A program made the translations under genes and the position numbers. A model generated the notes under the pieces. The model saw nothing but the letters and a program-made list of their open reading frames with translations. It was not told the origin of the DNA and ran no database searches. Below are positions 1-9,171 of a stretch of DNA of 64,000 nucleotides, in pieces. Source of the stretch: an uncultured Oscillospiraceae bacterium. Its GTDB lineage: Bacteria; Bacillota; Clostridia; Peptostreptococcales; Anaerovoracaceae. Location: assembly GCA_964369805.1 (NCBI GenBank), contig CAYJFM010000002.1, forward strand, positions 3,376 to 67,375, in the 5' to 3' direction. Position 1 is the first letter of the stretch, and each line of letters begins with the position of its first letter.

Positions 1-350
1 ATATCTTTTTTCGGACTTAACAAGTTCACAATTTTCTCTTCATTTAAGCTCTGAGGTAAGGGTCTCAATAGTAGAACTCCTCCTATATCTGCTCTTTTGT
101 TAACTTCTATTATCAAGTTTTCCATTCTTTCTTGAGTTACATCATCCGGTTCTACAAGTCTCTCAACTTTAATCCCTAATGTAGTTGCTTTTTTTATAGC
201 TGAATTTTCATAATATATATCATCAGCCTTTTCTCCTACACGTATAATTGCAAGAGCTTTATCTCTTCCTTCTGCAACCAACTCTTCCTGCTTCGCCTTT
301 GTTTTTACATCAATAGCCTCAGTTACCGGCTTTCCTAATAATTCTCTCAT
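1..350 (-). CDS. folD: Methylenetetrahydrofolate dehydrogenase/cyclohydrolase FolD, N-terminal part (3' end outside window)
   Basis: Not in the ORF track because it runs off the window. My hand translation of the reverse strand from the ATG at 348-350 gives MRELLGKPVTEAIDVKTKAKQEELVAEGRDKALAIIRVGEKADDIYYENSAIKKATTLGIKVE...IGGVLLLRPLPQSLNEEKIVNLLSPKKD. This fits the FolD pattern (LAxIxVG, xLLxxPLP, P-KD). It lies 75 nt downstream of fhs on the same strand. Confidence 0.85.
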   Translation of the reverse strand, partial: MRELLGKPVTEAIDVKTKAKQEELVAEGRDKALAIIRVGEKADDIYYENSAIKKATTLGIKVERLVEPDDVTQERMENLIIEVNKRADIGGVLLLRPLPQSLNEEKIVNLLSPKKD

Positions 351-424
351 TTCGCTTCCTCATAATCTAATTTTAAAAACGGCTCAGTTGTTTTAACCAA
401 GCCATTAATTTTCTTCGTTTTAAG

Positions 425-2101
425 TTAGAACAATCCAGATATTTTGCCTGAACTGTCAACATCAATTTTCTCCGCTGATGGTACCTTCGGTAAACCCGGC
501 ATAGTCATCACATCTCCAGTTAAGGCCACAATAAATCCCGCCCCAGCTGATACTTTTAAATTTCTAACAGTCAAAGTGAAGTCTGTTGGAGCCTTAAGCA
601 ACTTTGGATCATCAGAAAAACTGTACTGTGTTTTAGCCATGCATATCGGTAAGTCACCAAATCCCAAAGTATTAAGTTGTTCCATCTGCTTTCTTGCTGC
701 TGGTGTAATATTTACATCCTTTGCTCTATATATTTTTTGTGCAATTTTGTTTATTTTCTCTTCCATTGTATCTTCAAGGTCATAGCAATATGTAAAATCA
801 CTTTCTTTTTCACAAAGAGCAACTACTTCTTCTGCAAGTTTCGCTCCGCCTTCTCCACCTTTTGCCCATACTTGGCTTAAAGCAACATTAACACCTAGTT
901 CTTTGCATTTTTCTTCTACTAATTTTACTTCCGCATCTGTATCTAGTGGGAATTCATTAATTGCCACTACTGCAGGTAGCCCATAAACCTTTGTAATATT
1001 CTCAACATGTCTTAACAGATTAGGTAAGCCTCTCTCTAGGGCTTCTAAGTTTTCTTTTCCTAAATCTTCTTTAGCAACACCTCCATGATGCTTAAGAGCC
1101 CTTACAGTGGCAACCACAACTACAGCTGACGGTTTAATTCCTGCCATCCTACATTTGATATCAAGAAATTTCTCTGCCCCAAGATCTGCCCCAAAGCCAG
1201 CTTCTGTAACCACATAGTCCGCCATTTTCAACGCCATCTTAGTTGCCATAATCGAGTTACAGCCATGGGCAATGTTAGCAAATGGGCCACCATGAACAAA
1301 TGCAGGAGTTTGCTCTAAAGTTTGAACCAAGTTAGGTTTTAGCGCATCTTTAAGAAGGGCTGCTGCAGCACCATGAGCTTTTATCTCTCCAGCCGTTACT
1401 GGTTTATCATCATAAGTGTATCCTAAAACTATTCTTGCTAGCCTTGCTTTTAAATCATCTATGTCATTTGCCAAGCAAAGGATCGCCATTATTTCGCTTG
1501 CTACAGTAATGTCATATCCGTCTTCTCTAGGTACTCCATTTACTTTTCCACCTAACCCATCAACTACAAAACGTAGTTGTCTGTCATTCATGTCAACAAC
1601 TCTCCTCCAAGTTATCTTCCTCGGGTCAATATTTAAGCTATTTCCTTGATATATATGATTATCTAGCATCGCAGCAATTAAGTTGTTCGCTGCGCCAATA
1701 GCATGCATATCACCTGTGAAGTGAAGATTTATATCTTCCATCGGTACAATTTGCGCATATCCTCCACCTGCAGCTCCACCTTTAACACCAAATACCGGTC
1801 CTAGAGAAGGCTCTCTCAAAGCAACAAATACATCCTTGCCAATCGTTTTCAACCCATCGGAAAGTCCAACAGTAGTTGTAGTTTTCCCCTCTCCAGCTGG
1901 AGTAGGCGTAATAGCTGTTACAAGAATTAACTTTCCATCCTTCACATTTTCTTTATCTGTAAAAAGATTATAATCTACCTTAGCTTTATAGCTGCCATAA
2001 TATTCAACATATTTTTCATCAATACCTGCTTTTTCAGCTATTTTAGAAATATGTTCTAGTGTAGTTTCTTGTGCGATTTCAATGTCAGATTTGTAACTCA
2101 T
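425..2101 (-). CDS. fhs: Formate--tetrahydrofolate ligase
   Basis: 558 aa. P-loop [15 protein letters not shown], full-length FTHFS-type sequence, GGAG RBS upstream. Confidence 0.97.
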   Translation of the reverse strand: MSYKSDIEIAQETTLEHISKIAEKAGIDEKYVEYYGSYKAKVDYNLFTDKENVKDGKLILVTAITPTPAGEGKTTTTVGLSDGLKTIGKDVFVALREPSLGPVFGVKGGAAGGGYAQIVPMEDINLHFTGDMHAIGAANNLIAAMLDNHIYQGNSLNIDPRKITWRRVVDMNDRQLRFVVDGLGGKVNGVPREDGYDITVASEIMAILCLANDIDDLKARLARIVLGYTYDDKPVTAGEIKAHGAAAALLKDALKPNLVQTLEQTPAFVHGGPFANIAHGCNSIMATKMALKMADYVVTEAGFGADLGAEKFLDIKCRMAGIKPSAVVVVATVRALKHHGGVAKEDLGKENLEALERGLPNLLRHVENITKVYGLPAVVAINEFPLDTDAEVKLVEEKCKELGVNVALSQVWAKGGEGGAKLAEEVVALCEKESDFTYCYDLEDTMEEKINKIAQKIYRAKDVNITPAARKQMEQLNTLGFGDLPICMAKTQYSFSDDPKLLKAPTDFTLTVRNLKVSAGAGFIVALTGDVMTMPGLPKVPSAEKIDVDSSGKISGLF

Positions 2102-2150
2102 TTTTTCTCCTTTTTATCATTCAAAAAATAATAATGTTTACTTGGAATTT

Positions 2151-2159
2151 ATTATACCA
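2151..2159 (-). promoter_or_regulatory. Candidate extended -10 promoter for fhs-folD
   Basis: The reverse strand reads TGGTATAAT (TGn + TATAAT) about 45 nt upstream of the fhs ATG. The -35 is weak. Confidence 0.4.
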
Positions 2160-2390
2160 AATTACAAGCAAACTATGTTGCTAATATTAGTTTTGATTTT
2201 TGCTCTTACTTTTCAAAACCACCTGAGAACTAATTATATCAAATTTATTCGGATTTTTTAAGTTATTATATCTTATTCTTCATTTTAATATATTAAGTGC
2301 TTTTTCTGATTTTTAGTTGGTTTTCTTTGATTTTTCAAAGTTTATGCTAGTTATTTTTTCTGATTTCAGTCTTTTGTTTTCGTACAATTT

Positions 2391-2416
2391 AAAATACGAA
2401 CTCTTTTATAGTTCGC
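2391..2416 (-). terminator. Weak intrinsic terminator after rnhB
   Basis: Stem CGAACT/AGTTCG (6 bp, 7-nt loop), followed on the minus strand by TATTTT. It lies 25 nt past the rnhB stop. Confidence 0.35.
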
Positions 2417-2439
2417 ATTTTCTTTATTCATATATGTTT

Positions 2440-3123
2440 TTAGTATTTTATATTCTTTAAAAAAGTTTTTCGATGAATCGGGCTAATTCCAACTTTAGCA
2501 ATCCCTTCATAGTGAGCCTTAGTGCCATAACCCTTATTTGAATCAAATGAATAATCCGGAAAAGCTTTATGGAAATCTTTCATCATATCATCCCTTATTA
2601 CTTTCGCCAGAATAGATGCCGCTGCTATAGATACACTATTAGAATCTCCTCTGATAATAGATGTTTGAGGTATTTTTACATCTTTAAGAGATACTGCATC
2701 AATTAGAAGCCTATCAATTTTCAACTTTTCCAGCCCTTCTCTCTCTGCTTTTTCTTTTAGATGTTCTTCTAAACTTTTTACAGCTTCTTTCATCGCAAGC
2801 TTTGTGGCCTCAAGAATATTCACTTCATCAATAATCTCTGCATCACACACGCCCACACCATAGGCTATAGCTTCTTCTTTTATTTGCACAAATAGTTTTT
2901 CCCTATTTTTTTCAGTTACTTTCTTCGAATCATCTACTCCAAGAACAGCAAAGTCCTTTGGTAATATTACTGCTGCTGCTACTACCGGCCCAGCTAAAGG
3001 CCCTCTGCCAACTTCATCAACGCCTGCAATATATACATCCCCTTGAGCATAGTATTTTTCTTCAAATTTTTTAAGTTCTATAAGCCTTTCTTTTAATAAT
3101 GCTTCTTTCTCTTCCTTTTTCAT
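2440..3123 (-). CDS. rnhB: Ribonuclease HII
   Basis: 227 aa. VDEVGRGPLAGPVVAAAV catalytic DE motif region and typical RNase HII length. Confidence 0.93.
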   Translation of the reverse strand: MKKEEKEALLKERLIELKKFEEKYYAQGDVYIAGVDEVGRGPLAGPVVAAAVILPKDFAVLGVDDSKKVTEKNREKLFVQIKEEAIAYGVGVCDAEIIDEVNILEATKLAMKEAVKSLEEHLKEKAEREGLEKLKIDRLLIDAVSLKDVKIPQTSIIRGDSNSVSIAAASILAKVIRDDMMKDFHKAFPDYSFDSNKGYGTKAHYEGIAKVGISPIHRKTFLKNIKY

Positions 3124-3136
3124 TTTTCCTCAGTCC

Positions 3137-3973
3137 TTATTTCGGTATTTCCAAAGTAATTCTGCCAAGCTTACCTGCCCTGAATTCATCAAGAAGTGTT
3201 TTTGCTAACCTCTCATAGTCTACTAAGCCTTTCTTCTTAATAAATCCTCTCTTTTCTCCAATAGCTTCATAGGTTTCAAGTGGATTGTCTTGAATTTCTA
3301 TACCATACCTATCAACTAAATTATCAGGATATCTATCTTGTAGTACCTTCAACAATTCAAATGCTAGTTCAGATAAATCCATTATCTCATCTTTGATTGA
3401 CCCACAAAACGCTAGATTAAGCCCCACATTAGGGTCTTCGAATTTGGGCCATAAGATTCCAGGCGTGTCCAATAACTGCATTCCATTTTTTAACGAAATC
3501 CACTGTTTACCTTTTGTCACTCCTGGTCTATCTCCCGTCTGCGTACTTTTCTTGCCAGTCATTCTGTTAATTAGTGATGACTTTCCAACATTTGGAACCC
3601 CTACAATCATCAATCTCAGAGGCTTATTCCTATTTTTCGCCTCGTTAATCTTATCTTGTTCTTTGCTGAGCATTGCAAATAACTGTTTCATTCCATCGCC
3701 AAGCATACAATTTCCCAAAAGAACTCTTGTGTTTTCATCAGTTAAAAACTCTTCCCATCTTCTGTTCATTTCACTATCAGCTAAATCTTTTTTATTTAGT
3801 AAAACTATTCTTTTTTTGCCTTTTATTAACTCATCAATGATTGGATTTCTACTGGAATCAGGAATCCTAGCATCTAATACCTCAACCACAATATCTACCA
3901 TCTTTAAATTGGCTTCAATTAGCTCCCTAGTTTTTTTCATATGACCTGGATACCAGTTTATATTTCCTATCAT
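3137..3973 (-). CDS. rbgA: Ribosome biogenesis GTPase A (YlqF/RbgA, circularly permuted GTPase)
   Basis: 278 aa. NINWYPGHMKK start; NKKDL (G4) precedes GVPNVGKSSLIN (G1), which is the permuted order. Confidence 0.92.
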   Translation of the reverse strand: MIGNINWYPGHMKKTRELIEANLKMVDIVVEVLDARIPDSSRNPIIDELIKGKKRIVLLNKKDLADSEMNRRWEEFLTDENTRVLLGNCMLGDGMKQLFAMLSKEQDKINEAKNRNKPLRLMIVGVPNVGKSSLINRMTGKKSTQTGDRPGVTKGKQWISLKNGMQLLDTPGILWPKFEDPNVGLNLAFCGSIKDEIMDLSELAFELLKVLQDRYPDNLVDRYGIEIQDNPLETYEAIGEKRGFIKKKGLVDYERLAKTLLDEFRAGKLGRITLEIPK

Positions 3974-4002
3974 TCATCTCTCTCTTTCATCTTAATACTT
4001 AC

Positions 4003-4929
4003 CTAGAATAAATCTGTAGATAAATACCTCTCCCCTGTATCTGGCAATATCACCACTATATTTTTCTCTTTATTCTCTTGATTCATGCCTTCTTTGATTG
4101 CCACTGCAAGTGCCGCTCCTGATGATATCCCTGCTAAAATCCCCTCTTCTCTAGCAAGCATTCTTGTAGCTTCAAAGGACTCTTCCCATCCAACAGTCCT
4201 TACTTCATCATAAACTTTTGGGTCTAACACATCAGGCAAGAATCCCGCCCCAATTCCTTGAATTTTATGCGGGCCTTTTTCTCCTTTAGAAAGTATAGGT
4301 GAATCTTTTGGTTCAACCGCAATAATTTTTATATTTGGATTTTTCCCCTTTAAGTAAATGCCAGTCCCAGTTATCGTTCCTCCTGTTCCTACACCTGCTA
4401 CAAGTATATCAATCGCACCATTTGTAGCTTCCCAAATTTCAGGCCCTGTAGTTTCCAGGTGTGCCTTTGGATTTGAAGGGTTTTCAAATTGAGAAGGCAT
4501 GTATGAATTCGGTATTTCTTTTAGCAAATCTTTTGCCTTCTCAATAGCTCCTCCCATACCTAAAGCTCCTTCAGTTAGAATAATTTCCGCTCCATATGCC
4601 CTCAATAATTTTTGCCTCTCTACAGACATTGTTTCTGGCATAGTGAAAATTGTCTTGTATCCTCTAGCTGCTGCAATTAAGGCTATTCCAATCCCAGTAT
4701 TTCCACTGGTAGGTTCAATAATCACGCTGTTCTTATTTATTAATCCACTTATTTCAGCATCATCGAGCATCTGTTTACCAATTCTAGTCTTGATGCTTCC
4801 CCCTGGATTAAGCATTTCAAGCTTTCCTAAAATATTCGCTTCTATTCTCATCGAGCTTTTAATATTCCCTAAGAACACCATCGGTGTATTCCCAGTTACT
4901 TCTGTCACATTTTTGTACACTTTCGCCAT
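4003..4929 (-). CDS. cysK: Cysteine synthase A (O-acetylserine sulfhydrylase)
   Basis: The ORF track gives 4003..4944. I prefer the internal ATG (MAKVYKNVTEVTGNTPMV) because GAGGAG lies 8 nt upstream of it. PLP-Lys context NPGGSIKTR; GTGGT loop VGTGGTITG. Confidence 0.9.
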   Translation of the reverse strand: MAKVYKNVTEVTGNTPMVFLGNIKSSMRIEANILGKLEMLNPGGSIKTRIGKQMLDDAEISGLINKNSVIIEPTSGNTGIGIALIAAARGYKTIFTMPETMSVERQKLLRAYGAEIILTEGALGMGGAIEKAKDLLKEIPNSYMPSQFENPSNPKAHLETTGPEIWEATNGAIDILVAGVGTGGTITGTGIYLKGKNPNIKIIAVEPKDSPILSKGEKGPHKIQGIGAGFLPDVLDPKVYDEVRTVGWEESFEATRMLAREEGILAGISSGAALAVAIKEGMNQENKEKNIVVILPDTGERYLSTDLF

Positions 4930-5218
4930 ATTAAATCTCCTCATCTTTCCGCTTCATAAGCGCTAATCGCTTTTAATAATTATACTTAGTCTTTAGTATA
5001 CCCAATATTTCCTTTTTTTACAAGTTGAACAAAGTATTAATCAATGCTAGCCATCTACCATGATCTATTTTATAACCTTCTGTTATTCCTATCCTCTTCT
5101 CATTACACAGTTGGTGTTTTCCAGTTGCTGTTTTCTTCTTTTTCCTTATTTCCCCCTATAACAAACACTTATTTATATGCTATAATTAGTTCACTAATAT
5201 TAAAATACAAGGACGCAT

Positions 5219-6691
5219 ATGAAAAATATAACAAATTATAAATATAACCATTTCCGTGATAATAATAACTCCGCTTTAGAAGGAAGCAGCAAAACGTCAA
5301 AGAAAGTAGCCAAATTTATGATGCTGCTTGCACTGCTGCTTTTCTTTGTTTTATCTACTTTTACCATTTTACTTAACGACGGAAAATTCTCTACCTTTTA
5401 CGAATTAGACCCCACCTTACAAAGTTCTAATACAAATTCTTCATATAAAGGCTCTTTGATTTCTGCAAACCCTAGAGTTGTTCACTATCCAAAAGTGGAA
5501 AATGCGAAACTTCAATCGGTTTTGTCAAATAATGCAAATTATATTCTCTATAACTTGGATTCTGCAACATCCCAATCAGTAGATTATACTGCAACAGAAT
5601 ATAACAATAAATATATTGGCGTTTCCTATGAATATAATAATGAAATAAATACATCTTTTCATAGTCTTAGCGGTGAGTCTCTCAATGCTGATCTATCAAT
5701 CTTTGATGACTATTTAAAAACTCAAATTATTTTTAGCACTAGAGCAGCAGCCAAACAAAATCCTAAGCTTTCAGATTTTGCACATAGTACAGATTTTGCG
5801 TTAAAATCTGCGGAAGGTTTTTATAAGTATACTTTCACCTTTATAGATGATAACCTTCGTATCACCTATCCAGATATCTATGAGAATATAGACCTTACAT
5901 TTGACATGCCGCTTTCCAAATACGCAAACCATATTCAACTGGACTTAGGTGTAGAGCAGCCCTTAGAAACTTCAGTTCTTTCTATTCCGGAGCGATATGT
6001 AGATCCCTCCAAACCGATGATAGCATTAACTTACGATGATGGTCCAGCTAGCGATTACACTACTAAAATAATCGATCAGTTATACAAATATGACGGAGCT
6101 GCCACTTTTTATATGTTAGGTGATAGAGCATTCCGTGAAGATCAAAAACAGATTATCTTTGATGTGATAAACGGCGGTAATGAGATTGGCGCTCACAGTG
6201 ATAGCCATCCATATTTACCAAGTATATCTGCTAAACTTTCTCCTGAAGGCTCCGCATTCATAATAGGTTCATCAAAAAAAGAACTAACGCCTAAGGATAA
6301 GAAAGTGAAATCCTCTCTCGAGTATGAATTAAATTCTGTGCAAAACTATATTAGCAAAATAACAAAAGGTGAATATACAGTTTCTACTTATAGGGCTCCT
6401 TACGGTGCTACCGATAAAGTAATTCAGGAGTTATCCAATTCTCCATTCATTTACTGGACAATTGATACTGAAGACTGGAAAACAAAGGATCCCCAAAAGA
6501 TCTATAATCATGTCATGGATAATGTGGAAGATGGTGATATTATACTTATGCATGATATTCATAAGCAATCTGTAGACGCTTCACTAGACTTAATACCCGC
6601 TTTAAAAAAGGAAGGTTATCAGCTTGTAACTGTTAGTGAGCTTTTCAAAGCAAAAGGAATCACGATGATTCCAGGAAAAACCTACCCTTAA
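5219..6691 (+). CDS. Membrane-anchored polysaccharide deacetylase (NodB/CE4 domain) with a ~260-aa N-terminal region of unknown function
   Basis: 490 aa. One TM helix (FMMLLALLLFFVLSTFTILL). C-terminal NodB motifs LTYDDGP and HSDSH, then RAPYG and ILMHD. Confidence 0.8.
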   Translation: MKNITNYKYNHFRDNNNSALEGSSKTSKKVAKFMMLLALLLFFVLSTFTILLNDGKFSTFYELDPTLQSSNTNSSYKGSLISANPRVVHYPKVENAKLQSVLSNNANYILYNLDSATSQSVDYTATEYNNKYIGVSYEYNNEINTSFHSLSGESLNADLSIFDDYLKTQIIFSTRAAAKQNPKLSDFAHSTDFALKSAEGFYKYTFTFIDDNLRITYPDIYENIDLTFDMPLSKYANHIQLDLGVEQPLETSVLSIPERYVDPSKPMIALTYDDGPASDYTTKIIDQLYKYDGAATFYMLGDRAFREDQKQIIFDVINGGNEIGAHSDSHPYLPSISAKLSPEGSAFIIGSSKKELTPKDKKVKSSLEYELNSVQNYISKITKGEYTVSTYRAPYGATDKVIQELSNSPFIYWTIDTEDWKTKDPQKIYNHVMDNVEDGDIILMHDIHKQSVDASLDLIPALKKEGYQLVTVSELFKAKGITMIPGKTYP

Positions 6692-6711
6692 GTTTTCGAA
6701 TTGTTTTAAAT

Positions 6712-6743
6712 AAAAAAAGAATCTCCGAAGAGATTCTTTTTTA
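6712..6743. terminator. Bidirectional intrinsic terminator between the deacetylase gene (+) and rplS (-)
   Basis: AAAAAAAGAATCTC-CGAA-GAGATTCTTTTTT: 8-bp stem flanked by an A-run and a T-run. Confidence 0.85.
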
Positions 6744-6760
6744 TTTTTTCTTTACCGAGA

Positions 6761-7108
6761 TTAGTGCAGTTCTTTAGACTTGATTCTAGCTGATTTACCA
6801 GATCTTTGTCTCATGTAGTTTAGCTTAGCTCTTCTAACATCTCCCTTTCTCACAATTTCAACCTTTTCGATTTTTGGTGAGTGAATTGGGAATGTCTTTT
6901 CAACACCAACGCCAGAAGCAATTCTTCTAACTGTAAATGTTTCGCTAACTCCACCGCCTTGTTTCTTTAGGATAAATCCTTCAAAAACTTGTACTCTTTC
7001 TCTTGATCCTTCTTTGATTTTAATGTGTACTTTTACTGTATCACCAACTTGGATCGCAGGGACATCTTGCTTTTTGTACTCTTCAGTAATTTGTTGTAAT
7101 AGGTTCAT
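6761..7108 (-). CDS. rplS: 50S ribosomal protein L19
   Basis: 115 aa. [26 protein letters not shown] is the canonical L19 core. Confidence 0.97.
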   Translation of the reverse strand: MNLLQQITEEYKKQDVPAIQVGDTVKVHIKIKEGSRERVQVFEGFILKKQGGGVSETFTVRRIASGVGVEKTFPIHSPKIEKVEIVRKGDVRRAKLNYMRQRSGKSARIKSKELH

Positions 7109-7179
7109 TTTGTTTCTCCTTTTCCCTTCATGACGTTCTTAATATCTTGTACCAGAGGACCGCCCGTTCTAACTCAACT

Positions 7180-7209
7180 AGTATAGCACATCTAAGCTTC
7201 GTAAATCAA
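7180..7209 (-). promoter_or_regulatory. Candidate sigma-A promoter for rplS
   Basis: The reverse strand reads TTGATT-N18-TATACT with TGC immediately upstream of the -10 (extended -10). It sits in the 109-nt gap after the nitroreductase stop, leaving a ~70-nt leader. Confidence 0.5.
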
Positions 7210-7217
7210 GTATTTTT

Positions 7218-7880
7218 TTAGAACCCTACAAAGGAGGCACCTTCCTCTATTGTTACTCTCTCACTTTTCAATTTATTGGCAGGATGCTCTATATCCTCAT
7301 ATCCCACAGCAATACTTGTGACTATTTCTTCATTTTCACTAATTCCAAGTTTTTCAATTAGCGCCTTATGGTATGTTGCCCCTTGTTTACTTATACATGT
7401 CCCTAGGCCTTTTTCTTCGCAAGCAAGGCATAAGCTTTGAACGACCATACCACAAGATAGGTATGGAAACTCTGTCTTGGCTAATCCTTTGTCTGTAGTA
7501 ACGATTATTGCTACTGGCGCCTCAAAATATCTGAATCCATTTCTATACCACTCATTTCTTTTATCCTTATCTTCTCTTTTTATGTCAAGTAGCTTGAATA
7601 ATTCTACAGCTAGATCTTTTCTTCTTTCTTTGTAAACCCCTGATAGTTCAGGGTCAATCAGATCTTCGTCCATATTTTTAAGAAAAGCTTCTTCATTTGC
7701 ATTTTTAATATACTCTAGTGCCTCTCCTGTCGCTATATACAGTTTCCACGGTTGGATGTTAGTAGATGAAGGCGATTTCAAAGATGCCTCCACAATTTCC
7801 ATTAATAATTCCTTGCTAACTTCTTTATCTAAATATCCTCTAGTACTTTTTCTAAGTTCCATCGCTTTAATTACATTCAT
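7218..7880 (-). CDS. Nitroreductase-family flavoprotein
   Basis: 220 aa. RKSTRGY and PSSTNIQPW motifs. A clear paralogue is at 34261..34917. Confidence 0.85.
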   Translation of the reverse strand: MNVIKAMELRKSTRGYLDKEVSKELLMEIVEASLKSPSSTNIQPWKLYIATGEALEYIKNANEEAFLKNMDEDLIDPELSGVYKERRKDLAVELFKLLDIKREDKDKRNEWYRNGFRYFEAPVAIIVTTDKGLAKTEFPYLSCGMVVQSLCLACEEKGLGTCISKQGATYHKALIEKLGISENEEIVTSIAVGYEDIEHPANKLKSERVTIEEGASFVGF

Positions 7881-8030
7881 TTCTTTCCTCCTTTACGCGT
7901 ATTATAATTTTACCACAAGAATATGTCTTGAATCTTCCCCTTATGATTTTTTGTATTAATTTTTTCTTTGTCTTTGCAAAGAACTCTTTTGCTATTTAAT
8001 TTAGTGATCATTATTAAAATAATGTGCTAC

Positions 8031-8069
8031 AAAAAAGAAAAAGGGGCCGATGTTTCACAACATCCACCC
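8031..8069 (-). terminator. Intrinsic terminator of the 11352..8214 operon
   Basis: The minus strand reads GGGTGGATGTT-GTGA-AACATCGGCCC (10 of 11 positions paired, including one G-U, with one mismatch), followed by CTTTTTCTTTTTT. It lies ~145 nt past the stop, implying a long 3' UTR. Confidence 0.7.
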
Positions 8070-8160
8070 TCAATATATATAATGTGATTTTAGAAGACTT
8101 TTTAATCGCAACTCTCTGTTGCTTATGTATTCATATTAACATATGCTAACCCTTTTGTAC

Positions 8161-8183
8161 CTACCCGCTTGGGGTAGTTTTTT
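8161..8183 (+). terminator. Orphan plus-strand intrinsic terminator
   Basis: CTACCC-GCTTG-GGGTAG followed by TTTTTT on the plus strand only. There is no plus-strand gene upstream. See the sRNA finding. Confidence 0.4.
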
Positions 8184-8213
8184 CTATCAAATTTCTTTAG
8201 ATCTTCAAATAGG

Positions 8214-9170
8214 CTACTTGCAAAGTTTTGCAATTAAATCACCATCTATGTTACCTCCAGATATTATTAATGCGATTTCTTTTCCACCAATTCTCTCTCT
8301 ATACTCTCTTACTGCAGCTACAGTTGCGCAACTACCAGCCTCGGCTACATATTTTTCCTCTTGGATTAAAAAGGCAGTTGCCTCCCCAATAGCTTCCTCA
8401 CTAACTTCAATAATGTCATCTACATAGTCTTTCGCCATTTCATAGCAAAGCTCGCCTATCCCTCCAACTAAACAATCGCATAATGACTCCTTGGTTGGAT
8501 ATTCTCCGTAGCAAACACCATCCTTGTAAGACTTTATCAAAGCTGGGCATGCTTCAGTTTGTACTCCAATTACTCTAATTTGAGGATTCACACCTTTAGC
8601 TGCTACTGCAACACCAGTTAGAAGTCCCCCTCCGCCTACTGGCACAACAATTGTATCTATATTTGGATTTTGCTCTAATATCTCAAGGGCCACTGTTCCT
8701 TGCCCCGCATAAACTACAGGGTCCTTATCATAAGGATCTATATATGTCATACCATTTTTCTCAATGTGCTCCATGCCTTGTCTATGGGCTTCGTCATAGT
8801 TTTCACCAAGTAGCATTACCTTTGCACCGAAGTATTGAATTTTATCTACTTTCGATTTCGGTGTGGTTCTTGGCACAATCACTTGTACGTTCTCAATATC
8901 CAATAATTTGGATGCGTAACTTACGGCACTTCCATTATTTCCTGAAGATATTGTTGCTACCCCATTTGCTCGTTCTTCTTCTGTAAGAACACTCATCCTA
9001 TTTACAGCGCCTCTTATCTTAAAACTCTTCGCCCTTTGCATAGACTCTAGCTTAAAGAAATATTTTGTTTCACCATCTCCTAAATAATATGATTCTTCTA
9101 GTGGGGTAACTCTAACCTTAGACTTTATTCTTTCTTTTGCCTCTACTACATCTTTAAATGTAAAACTCAT
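8214..9170 (-). CDS. PLP-dependent fold-type II enzyme, threonine/serine dehydratase (or racemase)-like
   Basis: 318 aa. PLP-lysine motif SFKIRGA and glycine loop VPVGGGGLLTG. No C-terminal ACT regulatory domain. Confidence 0.8.
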   Translation of the reverse strand: MSFTFKDVVEAKERIKSKVRVTPLEESYYLGDGETKYFFKLESMQRAKSFKIRGAVNRMSVLTEEERANGVATISSGNNGSAVSYASKLLDIENVQVIVPRTTPKSKVDKIQYFGAKVMLLGENYDEAHRQGMEHIEKNGMTYIDPYDKDPVVYAGQGTVALEILEQNPNIDTIVVPVGGGGLLTGVAVAAKGVNPQIRVIGVQTEACPALIKSYKDGVCYGEYPTKESLCDCLVGGIGELCYEMAKDYVDDIIEVSEEAIGEATAFLIQEEKYVAEAGSCATVAAVREYRERIGGKEIALIISGGNIDGDLIAKLCK

Positions 9171-9171
9171 T

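Noticed and set aside
2102-2439. Possible ZTP (pfl) or THF riboswitch in the 338-nt region upstream of fhs-folD, and three TTTTCT(T)TGATTT direct repeats at ~2300-2367
   Set aside because: Neither strand contains the GC-rich conserved cores of those riboswitches (no CCGCCTGGGC-like or comparable block). The predicted promoter leaves only a ~45-nt leader. The T-rich repeats are indistinguishable from AT-rich spacer composition.
4945-5241. T-box or cysteine-responsive leader upstream of cysK, and the 65-aa ORF 5044-5241
   Set aside because: No T-box or specifier-loop features are visible. The 65-aa ORF has no RBS, a hydrophobic low-complexity translation, and overlaps the start of the deacetylase gene.
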